A stretch of DNA of 64,000 nucleotides, taken from positions 32,001 to 96,000 of IMG/VR virus record IMGVR_UViG_3300005096_000005; one strand, 5' to 3'. Position 1 is the stretch's first letter, and each line of letters begins with the position of its first letter. Positions 26,573 to 38,200 of this stretch are shown in pieces. The stretch is from a virus. The position numbers and the translations under genes are program-made. The notes under the pieces are model-generated. The model made no database searches. It saw only the letters and a list, made by a program, of their open reading frames with translations, and was not told the origin of the DNA.

Positions 26573-28689
26573 TCAATTACCACCTTAAACTTCCATCTTG
26601 TACGATACATCTTAGTGAGGTTTGGACTGCCATCAAGTGTCGTCCTGACATAGAAAAAGATATCCTGTCCTGGGCCGGGCCTCTGTCCTACGGTCGCACC
26701 TATTAGTTCCACCCCATTAGGATCACTTGCGTCCTGTTGTTTCCATCTCAAAGCACCACCATCAATACTTCCGGCCATTGTTCCATACCAGTTTGTCAGA
26801 GCCGCATCACCAGGAGTACCCTGGTCGGGGACATTTGTGTTACTGTCCACATCAGGACAAAAGATAATTGTATCAATATCAGGATGATCGCGATCCATAA
26901 TGAGAGCTTTACATGATGTGATGGTTCCATCGCTCGTGTTTCTTACATGGATACGCATTACATCCCCAGCAGTACCCATTGGGGTCATACCGACAGGAAT
27001 GACCTCTCCAGACCGCGGCATACCTACCGAGAAGTGCCACTTATCACCAGCAACACCTCCAGTTGCAGAGGAAAACGCTATTGACACGCCATCACTTAAA
27101 ACAATGGGTGCAGTAGAAACACTCACAGGACCATTCCAGGTAGCTTCGTCATCGTTTGACCACTGGAATGTGTTCGGGGTAGTTGCTCCGTCGACAATCT
27201 CGATCGTAAAGTTCTTCTGTTCATTGTTTGGATAGGCCGCATCGAACTCACTGTCATCAATGGTGAACGTGAGAGTCCCAGAATTCCCGTTGATCTTTCC
27301 AATTGCCGGATACTCTGTTGCAGGACGCGCTGTAGCAAGCGACGCCTGGCCAGGCTGCATCTCTACTTTGACTTTGTGGATGACAATATCAGAAGATCCT
27401 GCGTTTGTTATTCTGATACTCTTAAAAGCGGGGTAATCGTCTGCATTTAAGAAGAGCGCTTTCTTGATGCTTGGATAAACAATTCGGCGAGCTCTGTTTG
27501 TCCATCCTGTGTATGTGATTCCATAATCATGATGGTCCGGAACATCATCAACACTGTTATAACGTGTTAACGGCCAATCCAGATACCAGAGAGACCCATT
27601 CGTTTGTAGAATGGTAGGATACATAGCGCCGCTAAACGGATGATCCCCCACTACAATAGGAGTGCTCCACTGGCCAATCCCCTCACCGAATGCTGTCTGA
27701 AACTCTACCTGCAAATGGTTAGCAGACCGTGTGGCGTCATCATTTTGTGAACGACAGGCATCGTCGGTGACGATATCCACATACAACACCGGCCGATCAG
27801 TAGAGTCTCCTGTCAAGTCCACGACAATGTACTCACCAGACGGAAGAGTAACTTGTTCAGGATCTGATTCATTGTCTTTTGTAAGATTGGCAAGAACATC
27901 AGTCCCATTCCCAAGGACGACTCCACCAGAAGCTGTAGCACCGTTTGCCGCCTTTGCAAGGTCATTCTCGTCATAATCGAATACACCGAATTCCCCAAGG
28001 AGTATGCTCCCATTAAGATCTCCAGCAGTCCCGATTATATGTTCTTCAGTCACATACAAGCTTCTGAGGTAATACGGGAGATCTGCCCACATTGCATGGT
28101 TATCATGAGCCGGTAGATGGAACATAACTGTTCCTGTAGTTCCGTCCGGGTGGAATACGGCACCGAATATCCCGTGCTCATCACAGACATGTACAGCCTC
28201 ACACGTTTGCGCAATATAAGGAGACGGGTCGAATATCCTTAAAGGGAAAAGCCTGCTGGAGCCAGTGGTATCGATCATACTGTTGTAATTGGCCTGCCCA
28301 ACAGCCTCACCAGCTCTCGTGTATGCAGAAAATCCAATGTTACTCCAGTTCACTTCGCCAATAGCCGGAAGATTTGCCTGCGGTATCATATACAACCCAC
28401 TTACCCATCTGGATGTCCCCTTGGAGTACTGGACCACTGTAAACGGGAGTTTGAGAGGGAACGGAGTGAGTGGTGCGGTCGGCAGGTAATTAGTATACCC
28501 GCCATAGACTACCAGCCCGTCCTTTCCGATGTAGAAACCATTGCTGCCAAACTTTAAGTCGATCGGCCCTGCATGTATTCCCTCTGCAGGAGGACTGTCG
28601 TCCTTATTGAAAGCGTTCTGAAGTGTGGTATCGGCAAAGAACGGTCTCTCTCTAAAGTTTGCAAATGCTCGTTTCCATCCTATTGGCAT
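26569..28689 (-). CDS. Putative virion/receptor-binding protein (beta-sandwich domains)
   Basis: Beta-rich; FQWSNDDEATW module shared with the neighbouring gene. Confidence 0.7.
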   Translation of the reverse strand: MPIGWKRAFANFRERPFFADTTLQNAFNKDDSPPAEGIHAGPIDLKFGSNGFYIGKDGLVVYGGYTNYLPTAPLTPFPLKLPFTVVQYSKGTSRWVSGLYMIPQANLPAIGEVNWSNIGFSAYTRAGEAVGQANYNSMIDTTGSSRLFPLRIFDPSPYIAQTCEAVHVCDEHGIFGAVFHPDGTTGTVMFHLPAHDNHAMWADLPYYLRSLYVTEEHIIGTAGDLNGSILLGEFGVFDYDENDLAKAANGATASGGVVLGNGTDVLANLTKDNESDPEQVTLPSGEYIVVDLTGDSTDRPVLYVDIVTDDACRSQNDDATRSANHLQVEFQTAFGEGIGQWSTPIVVGDHPFSGAMYPTILQTNGSLWYLDWPLTRYNSVDDVPDHHDYGITYTGWTNRARRIVYPSIKKALFLNADDYPAFKSIRITNAGSSDIVIHKVKVEMQPGQASLATARPATEYPAIGKINGNSGTLTFTIDDSEFDAAYPNNEQKNFTIEIVDGATTPNTFQWSNDDEATWNGPVSVSTAPIVLSDGVSIAFSSATGGVAGDKWHFSVGMPRSGEVIPVGMTPMGTAGDVMRIHVRNTSDGTITSCKALIMDRDHPDIDTIIFCPDVDSNTNVPDQGTPGDAALTNWYGTMAGSIDGGALRWKQQDASDPNGVELIGATVGQRPGPGQDIFFYVRTTLDGSPNLTKMYRTRWKFKVVIE

Positions 28690-28690
28690 G

Positions 28691-29950
28691 TTAATCTCCC
28701 TCCACTGTTACATCGACGTCAATGTCGTCAATAATTCCTCTCGTATATACTCTTCCTGTATGTTGATCCACTTTCATATTCTCTGTGCTGGACGTTACAG
28801 TTGCGACGATCCTGAGCTCACGTATATGTTTCACAATCGTTAATGGTATTGTGGATATATTGCCCCCAGTATCTGTTACAGCAATTATGACTGAATTGTC
28901 ACCTTCAGACAACTGAGCCAACATAGTATCATCAGCGAGAAGCATGATATCCACCGCTCCCGTGTCTATTCCTTTGCCATGAACAGGATCAATAATAGTA
29001 TGCCAGGTTGGGCCTTCTGTGACAACAGTGGTGGGAACGCTCGGGAGCGGATCGTATGCTATCTGTGGATCAAATATCAGACAGCTCATGTTCCATGGTC
29101 CAAGATTCGCTCTCCACCTGACGCCTGGTTGAGTCACGTCTGCCTCATTCGCGATATCTCCTACAACAATACTGTATATGGAAACTGTTAGAGATATCTT
29201 GAACAGTTTACGGTGATCAGATACATATCCACAAAACAGTTCGTTGCCTGTTACTGCGAACTTTGGACGGCGCGGAAGTGAGTTCGGGTCTTCGGCAGAA
29301 ACCTTTGGGGTGGTATCGGCAAGCTGGAACAGCTCGGCGGTTGTTGTATTCGGATCGTAATTTAGTGGTGGTGCATACCGTGAAAGGGCCGGCAAAGCCT
29401 GTGCGGAGTTTACCCTGCGCCACACAATTATATCATAGTCAGTCCCATTATCTACCCGCAGAACAAAGTACTTGATCTCCTTTGTAGCGGACGATACAAA
29501 CGGAGGAATCGTCAATCGCACAATGTCGAGTGGGGCAGTGTTTTCTACTACCAGGTTCAATACATCCCGCCCCGCCTCTGAAGAGTAATCATGAATGACC
29601 TGGGGTGTAAACCTTCGGGTGCTATCGCCAGTAACGGCAGTCCACGGCCATGCGGTATCCAGGGTAATACCACTGCCGTAGTGCGCCTCATCTCCGTAGA
29701 AACCCTCTCCAAGTAAATAAGTCGCTCCACCCAATTCGAAGACGCCAGGGGATGTTTCAACTCCACTCTCAAAAGGAGCTTCATCATCAGTTGGTTCAAA
29801 CTGAAGTGCGAATATCTTGAAGGAAGCAGAAGCCAGTCCAACACCAAAAAGGCGAAGAGTCATTCCAGAGAAGACTTCCAGCAACCTATCACTATACGTG
29901 TCCGTCATCTCCAGAGCGGAGAAGTATATGTTTATATTGGTCGAAGCCAT
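28691..29950 (-). CDS. Putative virion protein with C-terminal Ig-like strand pair
   Basis: LSEGDNSVIIAVTDTGGNIST; structural operon context. Confidence 0.7.
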   Translation of the reverse strand: MASTNINIYFSALEMTDTYSDRLLEVFSGMTLRLFGVGLASASFKIFALQFEPTDDEAPFESGVETSPGVFELGGATYLLGEGFYGDEAHYGSGITLDTAWPWTAVTGDSTRRFTPQVIHDYSSEAGRDVLNLVVENTAPLDIVRLTIPPFVSSATKEIKYFVLRVDNGTDYDIIVWRRVNSAQALPALSRYAPPLNYDPNTTTAELFQLADTTPKVSAEDPNSLPRRPKFAVTGNELFCGYVSDHRKLFKISLTVSIYSIVVGDIANEADVTQPGVRWRANLGPWNMSCLIFDPQIAYDPLPSVPTTVVTEGPTWHTIIDPVHGKGIDTGAVDIMLLADDTMLAQLSEGDNSVIIAVTDTGGNISTIPLTIVKHIRELRIVATVTSSTENMKVDQHTGRVYTRGIIDDIDVDVTVEGD

Positions 29951-32223
29951 TACAGTGTAAACCTCAAAGTAAAGCTATTGATGGACGGGAGCTCCGAACC
30001 ATGCTTCAATCTGGCCCATAACCGTACATCCTTTACAAGCCTTTCAACCTTATCATACTCTATCCGGCACTTTGTTGTCATCGGGGTAGTGGACTCAGGC
30101 CGGCGCGGATCTTCGGGCGCAGCCACGGGTATCCGCGTGAGAGGAAAACGCATATACGGATGATTCAAAAACACATTGGCAGTACGTGACCCGGTGCTGT
30201 ACTCAGTAGAACGGATGGATGCCCTGTCATAATCTGGAGCAATCTTATTAGACAGTTTGCTGTGTGGTACAATAATTCTGTATAACTTGACATCTGCTTC
30301 TGTCTCCGCCCCAGCCATAAAGAAATCGCCATCCTGCCTCTGAAGATATGTAAAATCTCTCCAGTTCGTACCATCATACACAGACAGGGCAAGATTACAC
30401 TTCAGATACTTCATCTGGTCATATACACTCTCTGAAAATGTTGGCGACTTTACTCCCGTATCTACATACATCACTATGTAATTGATTCCAGACCTTGGAA
30501 TGATAGATCCGGAATATTCCCATGCATTCAATGTACTATTGTACGCCCTGCTAAGTTTGACTTTGACAGTATCTATTCCCTTTACCTGCCCGGCTACAGC
30601 TTCAAGAGAATGTACCTCAAAGATAATGTTTGGATAATCATCTCGGCCTATGACGTCAACCTCATTAACAGTCATAAGAATACGTATGTCGTACGTTTCC
30701 TGTGTGTAGGTTTGAGGATCACGATATAACACAGTACTGAACTTGAATCGGTGAAACATCTCGAGACGCATCACATCGACATCTACAGACAAAGGCATCT
30801 GATCCAATTCGAGGAACGCTGTATGTGCAATATCCAGGTCAACAGCGTATGGTCCTGTGATATACCGACCATGCACAAGTGACACATCGTGATAGTCCAC
30901 CCTCCAAAGGTTGACTCCGGTTGTGAGCAGAAGAGAGCCGTCCATAACATCGGTATCTGTAATATCTTCACTAAGAGAGCTGATATTGTCAGATTCCATA
31001 TCAACCTCATACGCATCTATGTGGGTAAGCGATCCAAGCACAACCGGATCCCCCTGACCGGCGCTATCCAGAGGTGTTATAGGGAGCCAGCCAGACTCTT
31101 CTATAATCGAATCACTACCGGTTTGTTCGTATCGAATGTCAGCATACCAGTCGATGTCGCCTTCGCTTTCTGTTTCAATGGATAACCTGCCAACCTTGTT
31201 TGTAGACTCCAGAGGTATCCACTCTGTATACAGATCAGACTCTGTTTTGGTTCGATCAAGGTACATCGAAATGTTCACAACAATGAGGTAGAACTGAAAC
31301 AGTTCATTCGTCCTGGTAGCGTCCCATGTCTTGAGAAGAAAGCGAGCCTTCCTTACTTTCCTGGCACTGAACCTCCACTCGGTTGTCTCTCTTGTCGTGT
31401 TTAACCCGTGAAAGAACTCTTCGTTCTCATCGTTTACAGTTGTAAGCCCTATCTGAAAATTGTTCTTGCTCCTCGCGTCAATCTGAATCCGAGACAGATC
31501 TACTTCTGCCGGCAACGTAATATCGACAGCCCATTCGATAGGTCCATCAGAATCTTTAGTTACAATAGCTCCCCAGTAGTCGTTTACGAGATCGTTCAGC
31601 ATAGCTGACTCATTGCTACTGCCCTCCATCGCTTTAAACTCGACTTCTGATACGCCTTTGCCTTCAAACGTCTCCTGAACGGTCACCTGAATGTCCACAT
31701 CGGAAGCATCTCCAAAGTAAATCTTACTTCCTTCGCCTTCCGAACCCAAACGTACAACCCGAAAGCGAGTATCTACTTCTGCTGTAGTATTGACTGTGTC
31801 TATTCTGCTGAGGTCTGCAAAATCTTCTTTGATGTTTTCCAACATACCGGTTGTACGGTCATGGACCAGAAGTATGCTGTCAATGTCTCTGCGTATCGTA
31901 TGGACTTGACGGACAAGGCCATCGAGCTGGACGTGGTTGTACTGGAAGTTACGTATCACCTCCACTGCGCCCTTTCGAGCCTGCTCAAATAGAAGGTCCA
32001 GGTCGAACTTGGCTTCATTCCATGTACGATTAAACCTGTCCGCGTTGGACTGGAGATTCTTGTCCACAGGGCGCGGAACCATTGTGGGCGTACCCAGGCG
32101 ATTACGGATAGACCCAATATGACCCTGCAATTCAGAAGGTGACGGTACCCGCCCATCTTTAACCATGCGTTTCTGAATGAACGTGTTCAACCGCGCACGA
32201 AGTTGATCCATTATAATGCTCAT
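29950..32223 (-). CDS. Putative virion protein, coiled-coil paralog family
   Basis: PT...FN....E...DLDLLF, coiled coil, EDF.D, and terminal VRL.ARL...P.I.SF.L. Confidence 0.72.
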   Translation of the reverse strand: MSIIMDQLRARLNTFIQKRMVKDGRVPSPSELQGHIGSIRNRLGTPTMVPRPVDKNLQSNADRFNRTWNEAKFDLDLLFEQARKGAVEVIRNFQYNHVQLDGLVRQVHTIRRDIDSILLVHDRTTGMLENIKEDFADLSRIDTVNTTAEVDTRFRVVRLGSEGEGSKIYFGDASDVDIQVTVQETFEGKGVSEVEFKAMEGSSNESAMLNDLVNDYWGAIVTKDSDGPIEWAVDITLPAEVDLSRIQIDARSKNNFQIGLTTVNDENEEFFHGLNTTRETTEWRFSARKVRKARFLLKTWDATRTNELFQFYLIVVNISMYLDRTKTESDLYTEWIPLESTNKVGRLSIETESEGDIDWYADIRYEQTGSDSIIEESGWLPITPLDSAGQGDPVVLGSLTHIDAYEVDMESDNISSLSEDITDTDVMDGSLLLTTGVNLWRVDYHDVSLVHGRYITGPYAVDLDIAHTAFLELDQMPLSVDVDVMRLEMFHRFKFSTVLYRDPQTYTQETYDIRILMTVNEVDVIGRDDYPNIIFEVHSLEAVAGQVKGIDTVKVKLSRAYNSTLNAWEYSGSIIPRSGINYIVMYVDTGVKSPTFSESVYDQMKYLKCNLALSVYDGTNWRDFTYLQRQDGDFFMAGAETEADVKLYRIIVPHSKLSNKIAPDYDRASIRSTEYSTGSRTANVFLNHPYMRFPLTRIPVAAPEDPRRPESTTPMTTKCRIEYDKVERLVKDVRLWARLKHGSELPSINSFTLRFTL

Positions 32224-35204
32224 GACTTTGTTGTAATCCCCAGTTTATATGACAGAACCCTGGGAGAATATTGGTCCATACTCTCCGGCCTGCTCAGTTC
32301 TATCTTCACTCTTACCTTTTGTGTTTCAATAATGTTACCACTGGCATCCTGACGCACTACTTCTTTGAACGCCGGATTGTTGATGGACACGGATGGGTTT
32401 ACCTCAATGTATCTCGGCAGTCCGTTTGTTCCTGACCCGTGCATTGGCTCCAGCTCATGCCAATCCTCGCCTTCCGAGAACTGTATATAATACTTTATGT
32501 ATGAGTGATAGAATACCGATGGGATATCCTCTTCGCTCAAGATACTGACCCTGCTAATGTCTGCGCCTATATCATACCACTCAGAGATAATGTAACCAGA
32601 AGACGCATACCTGTTGGCATGAATTCCAACCTCTTTAAGGGCAATCCAGAATCTGTAAGCCGGAAACCCTTCCAGTCCATAGTATATCTTTTCGGACCCC
32701 TCAACCGCATCCACCCCGGTAAGTCGTTCCTCGCACTTAGCGAACAACGATAGCAGACCTCCAATGATACTGTTGATAATGGACGTTACAACCTTACCAG
32801 CCAAACTGAATACACTACTGGAGATAGCCGCGCCAAGTTTCTCACGAAGGAAGGAGCGTGGTTTGTGACCCACATCATAAGCTGCCGCGTCCTGCTGAGC
32901 AAAGTCTCTGGTTGCCTGGTCTTGCAGGTATGCAACAGCAACGTCCCTGGTAATGAGGTACCAATCTTCTTCTTGTTTATGTGCAGAATAACCCAGGCCC
33001 TGTGCCACATAGCCACGACTCTGCAAGTCTTTAAGCGTTATCTTAACATTATATTCATAATCTGCCCGCTGAGCTACCGTGCGGCCATCCATTCCAACAT
33101 AATACCCATTCCAGCCACCGTCGCCATGAACAGCCATCTGGACGAACTGCTCATTGATGGCTGTAGGCTCACCGCCACCACGAACTCTAGCCATAGGAAT
33201 ACGCACAGCCTGTGTCTGCGAGTCCGACTTCTGGAAAAACTCTTCACCTACCCCGGAAGCTCGCTGGATGTCCTGATAAGCCTCAATACTATTGCTTACA
33301 ATAGGAGGTGTTCCACCAAACGCTCCGGACTCGTCAAGGATTCCGCCACCGATTCCAAGATCGCTGCCAAAACTACCCACCTGCTGATCTACAATATTCT
33401 CAAAAGCATTGCTGACAGAACCCACCCCTGAACCGTACCCCTGAGCAGCAGCAAGGTCGGCCATATCCCCTCCGAGGTTTCCGGCCCCCGCGTAGGCGCC
33501 AACAATGGCGCTACCAACCCACTCAGGAACAGCCAACCCGCGACGTTCTGCAAGATCCTCTCCTGTAGCCACTCCCTGACCTCTGTATGGAAGGATGTCT
33601 CCGATATATACATTCCCTGCCGAATACCGGTCACCAAGCCATACTCGATATTCGTCATGCTTAACCCTCCAAAACGAGAAGCCGCCAGACTTCTTCTCAA
33701 GTCGCATCCATAATTGGACCTGCCTTTCAACGTACGGATGTGCCACCTGGCATTTGTAGGGCGTGTCACTTACAAAGTACAGCGTAATGGCGCGGACCCG
33801 CTGTTGTGGGAACGATATAGTCTGCGATCCATATATCTCAACAGGAACTTCTACCCCCAGATCAGAGGCCCACAAAGTAATTGGGACAGCATCCTCTCCT
33901 ACGACCGGGAGCGTACTAAATCCAATATCTGCCAGAGTAAAGTGGTCGGCCCCAAGATACTCCGCAGATACATCCTGCAGGATTGCCGGGTTTAGATATA
34001 GTTCAGAGATATTGACCGGTTCCGTGAACTGGAACTCGATATTAACCTCCATTACAGTGCCGCCATCTGGCTTCCAGTCCTTATCTACAAATCGCACCTT
34101 GTATGCTGTGTTGTTGTTATCGAGATTGTACTTCCAATCATGTCCCTGTGTATAAGAGAACACATTATCTGCATATACTTGCATGTTAGGATTACTACCA
34201 TGGTTCGGTAACACTGGACTAAACGAAGCTGACGGGTCGGTTGTAATACTCATGGGATGACGTGTGCCTATATTGGGGTCCTGGGCCGCCTCTCTAATCT
34301 TGGCGAGAGCGTCACCAAGAAGCGCAGCACCCCACCGATCGCTACCGCCACTGTCATACGGCGGCTTGTCGGGCTCAGCCTCAACGTATACATGATTAGG
34401 AACTACCATCATCTCATACTCGAACTGTGTGTCTGGGTTGCCGTCGGCCATAAAGCCGGGGTACTTGTTCTCTCCGCGTACATCAGCAGCCAGACGAACT
34501 GTACTACGCTCTATCGTTGGCACTGCATCAAACTGAGAGTCTTGAATGTCAGTAGTAGGACGCACGTCACCGGCGCGTATCGTGTCGGGAATAAACAGGT
34601 CTGCCTGCTTGGGCTCCACTCCCTGAAGCAGGTTGCCGGGGTAGGAGTTGTCACTGCCTCCATGAACCCGGATAAGAGCCTGTGGAGCATAGTTAATCTT
34701 CTGAAGAACCGGCAGACCTATCTGTCCGCCTGAGGTATCAAGATCGATATTCTTTTCGTTGATGAGAGAGTCATCCTCAAAGCTGTCTCCCATATAGAGA
34801 TCCTCAGAAATCTCTTCCGTATATATCTGGAAGTCTTCAAGTAACTTCTCAGCGCCATCGATAAGGACCTGGATCCCATCCGTCTCTGCAGTCGCCAAAT
34901 CAAAGATGCTTCGGGCACCTTCCATGAGAACGCGCAGCTCTCCGTACAGGACATCAAGGTCATCTTTCGTTTCCCTCATCATGGCGTTCAAGTCGTCCGC
35001 CCAGGGTGGCGTATCTTCCATCGCCTCTCTTACTTGCAGAGTAGGCTTACCAAACTGTGTGAAGAATTCCTGAAAGCGAGTGTAGATATCCACAATAGCA
35101 TCGTTTGTGTATGTGGAATCTTTGACGATATATTCCATATCGCGGAAGAACTGTTCCAGCCTTTTGGCTATCATCTCACTGTTGTACTTTACTTGCAGGC
35201 TCAA
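32220..35204 (-). CDS. Putative virion protein, coiled-coil paralog family, with hydrophobic insertion
   Basis: PT...LN....E...DLDVLY; DSFED; ADGNPDT; terminal VRVKIEL...SPRV. Confidence 0.72.
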   Translation of the reverse strand: MSLQVKYNSEMIAKRLEQFFRDMEYIVKDSTYTNDAIVDIYTRFQEFFTQFGKPTLQVREAMEDTPPWADDLNAMMRETKDDLDVLYGELRVLMEGARSIFDLATAETDGIQVLIDGAEKLLEDFQIYTEEISEDLYMGDSFEDDSLINEKNIDLDTSGGQIGLPVLQKINYAPQALIRVHGGSDNSYPGNLLQGVEPKQADLFIPDTIRAGDVRPTTDIQDSQFDAVPTIERSTVRLAADVRGENKYPGFMADGNPDTQFEYEMMVVPNHVYVEAEPDKPPYDSGGSDRWGAALLGDALAKIREAAQDPNIGTRHPMSITTDPSASFSPVLPNHGSNPNMQVYADNVFSYTQGHDWKYNLDNNNTAYKVRFVDKDWKPDGGTVMEVNIEFQFTEPVNISELYLNPAILQDVSAEYLGADHFTLADIGFSTLPVVGEDAVPITLWASDLGVEVPVEIYGSQTISFPQQRVRAITLYFVSDTPYKCQVAHPYVERQVQLWMRLEKKSGGFSFWRVKHDEYRVWLGDRYSAGNVYIGDILPYRGQGVATGEDLAERRGLAVPEWVGSAIVGAYAGAGNLGGDMADLAAAQGYGSGVGSVSNAFENIVDQQVGSFGSDLGIGGGILDESGAFGGTPPIVSNSIEAYQDIQRASGVGEEFFQKSDSQTQAVRIPMARVRGGGEPTAINEQFVQMAVHGDGGWNGYYVGMDGRTVAQRADYEYNVKITLKDLQSRGYVAQGLGYSAHKQEEDWYLITRDVAVAYLQDQATRDFAQQDAAAYDVGHKPRSFLREKLGAAISSSVFSLAGKVVTSIINSIIGGLLSLFAKCEERLTGVDAVEGSEKIYYGLEGFPAYRFWIALKEVGIHANRYASSGYIISEWYDIGADISRVSILSEEDIPSVFYHSYIKYYIQFSEGEDWHELEPMHGSGTNGLPRYIEVNPSVSINNPAFKEVVRQDASGNIIETQKVRVKIELSRPESMDQYSPRVLSYKLGITTKS

Positions 35205-38200
35205 ACCTCTTTGACCTCTATCCTAAAGTTGTCTATTATAGGCGATACGTCCAGGTCTCCTTCGAGCTGGAACTTCATTCTTACATCTGGTGCGTATGTT
35301 GCATACGAGATGTTTGCGACCCACTCCGTTGGTAACTGTCTTGCAAACTCTATCCTGTTACGTGTAACATCGTGATAATACTCGATTACAGGATAATAGT
35401 TCGGGCTTTCCGGGTCAAGGTCCCACCGTCTCATTGTCGGTCTACGATTCAGCTTCTTGTAATTCGTCACGTTACGTGTTATGACACCCAGATTTGGATA
35501 GACTGGCTGCTTATCTACAAAATGATCCAACCGAACAGCAAGGTATCCAACATAAGGATAAGTGTTTCCCTCTGCCGAAGTCCACCCTGCAATACCATTG
35601 ATGATTCCGGCTTCGAACTTGATATTGATCTTGGGTGGCGCTTCTCCAGTCTGGAAATCTCGTTCTTCTGTTACAATGGGGTAGAGAATATCGCACTGGT
35701 CTCCGTTGAAAACCTTGGTTTCAGCAAAGGCTTTGACGTTTTGTTCGGTTGGAGTGTCCTCCGCGAACACAGTCATAGCGAACCCTTCCTGGTCAACCCA
35801 GTGTTTGATTCCAAGGATGATAACTCCGGACTTGGGAAAGTCTGGAAGCTGGTACTTTGTGCCGGCATACATAATTGAGTATCCATCTTCCGAATTATAC
35901 AATTCGGTCCTGGGGTCCCACTTTACTATCCTATGGACAAAATCACTGTCGGACACATAGTACGACAATTCCCACAAAGGTAAATCGCGCCTGTTGCCAG
36001 ACGACGTTTCAATGGGTACCAACCACTGACCGGTAACATTCCCTCGAATAGCCTCACCGAGCACTGTGCCACTAACCGTAGACTTCATCAGTTTTGGTGT
36101 GGATATATTAAGTGTGAATTCGTTATCTTCAATAAAGTACGGCTCCCCATAAGGGTCTGGGAGATATGTGTTTGCTCCATCAATTATAGTTACTGTGATG
36201 GGTCTGTAATATATCCTGACGTCGGGGTATGCTAAAACATCTACCACAAATTGGAAGGTGCTTGTTTCATCACTGGTCATGCCTCCCGCTTCCAGGTTAG
36301 TGCCACCACGAATTACCATTGGGAAATTCTGTTCCGGAAGATTGGATATGACACGTAAAGTTTCATTCACCTCATCCGATGGACGACTCGAAGGGCCTCC
36401 CGCGCCGTTGCCAAAGGGCCAGATAGCAGCCTGCGGCTGATACCCCACCACAGCCTCTCCTTCGTTAGGTTCATAGGCTCTGTTTGATCCTATCGTACCT
36501 TTGGCATGGTTGAACTGAACTATAGAGCCCACATCCCTTACTTTAACTTCGTCTATCTTAATCCAACGTACGTCCGACGCATTGACGTCAGAATATGGAA
36601 TCATCTCCCCCATCCGGAAAGTGCGCAACCCGCTACCATCAGAGAGAAACTTCTTGATGGCCGCTATACCGGCACCTTCATAGCCTGCTATTGACTTGAT
36701 ACTGTCGATGCTGATCTGTGATACCTGCACGGGAGAGGTAAGAACGTCCGTCCAGCCATTAGAGGTGTCGACCCCGAAGTCTACCGCTGTATTGACGGTT
36801 AGGGTAACCTCCCAGTCTTGTAAGTCAGACATGATTCGCCAATAGGCTGCAGAGCCTGTTTTTTGCTGGACCAGTAATTGTCCTTTGATATGAACTTCCT
36901 GGCCGGGAGTTAGCATACCACTGGGCGGAACGCCGGAGCGTATCATCATACGGTCTGTACGCGCACATGGGTGTACGTACGCAACCTTGTTGAGGGCAAT
37001 CGTGCGGCCGATCCCTCCAGCATGCTGTTCATTCTCATTCTGCAGATCGGAATTGTCAGGCCAGAAAACTTCAAGGAACTGTCCGTTATCAACAGACCTC
37101 CATTGCGGCGCAGTATTGTTATGGTCATAGGAAAGAAAAGCCCGCACAGAAGTTCCAGGAGGTTCATCGCTATCCCATTGAGCAGTAAAGCCGGCCGCTC
37201 TTCCAGACACACTGAAAGGTTTTGTAATGAATGTGCCGTCTGGATTGTAGTACACGTCGTCCAGGTCGACATCGTACAGACCATACACATACTCAAAAAC
37301 CTGCATCTCCACCTTTTCGGACCCAATGCGCTCCAACTCTTCCAGAGTAATCTGTTCATCCGCGGCGAGCCCGCTATCCGCTTCAGCCAGAGTCTTCACT
37401 CTCAGCCCCTTATCAGCAAGGACCAGACCCATCGCGTTAAGAATTGTATCTATTGGTTTATCTTTCTGGCTTGAATACTGTCCCTCCAACATCTTCGTAC
37501 GTAACCGCTGCGCATACTCTACAAGGAGATACCACCCGGTCAGTTCATCTACCTTGCGCTGGCTGAGGGCTTTATTCCTGCCTTCCTGTCCAGTAACCCC
37601 GGCATCAGCTGTGATCTGGAAACTGTCCTTAACTGATAGGAGATCGGTTGTAAATCGATACTCTTCACGAGACAGCCTGTCTCTCAACTCAATATTAAAT
37701 AGTTGAGATCGCGGCACCTGGTAGATGTTCCTTACATAATTCCTCTGATTAAATACCATGTATACACGTTTGATGTCGTGACGATCAAAATGGATAACCG
37801 TATTGGGTTTCATCTTCTGTGGATCAAGGATAATAAAGTTAGCTTCACCCCTGCTTATTGCCAGCTCCTCGCTGTCGTATGGAATCGTATAAAGAGCAAC
37901 CAGGTCCATGGCTCCGTGCATAAAAGGCTTAAGAGATAACCGATTGGCACTTGCTTTATGCTGCAACATAATGTGTGTTTTGCTGGCAGCGCCATCTCTA
38001 ACTGGGTAGATGGTTTCCAGGGGCTCGTCAACAGTTGTGACTTCAAAAAACACCGTCGTGAATTCGTCTTGGAGAGCCGTTTTAAGATCGGCCAGGGTCA
38101 CATGTCGCTGTCCATACTGATCCTCCCTCACGTTCTGTGAAAGTACATTCAGGAATGTTTGGGCAGTCACGGGGTTCTTCTCCCCTGCGGCCTGGGCATT

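Noticed and set aside
34590-34610. QADLF clamp-like motif in a virion protein
   Set aside because: A five-residue match in a structural context; likely chance.
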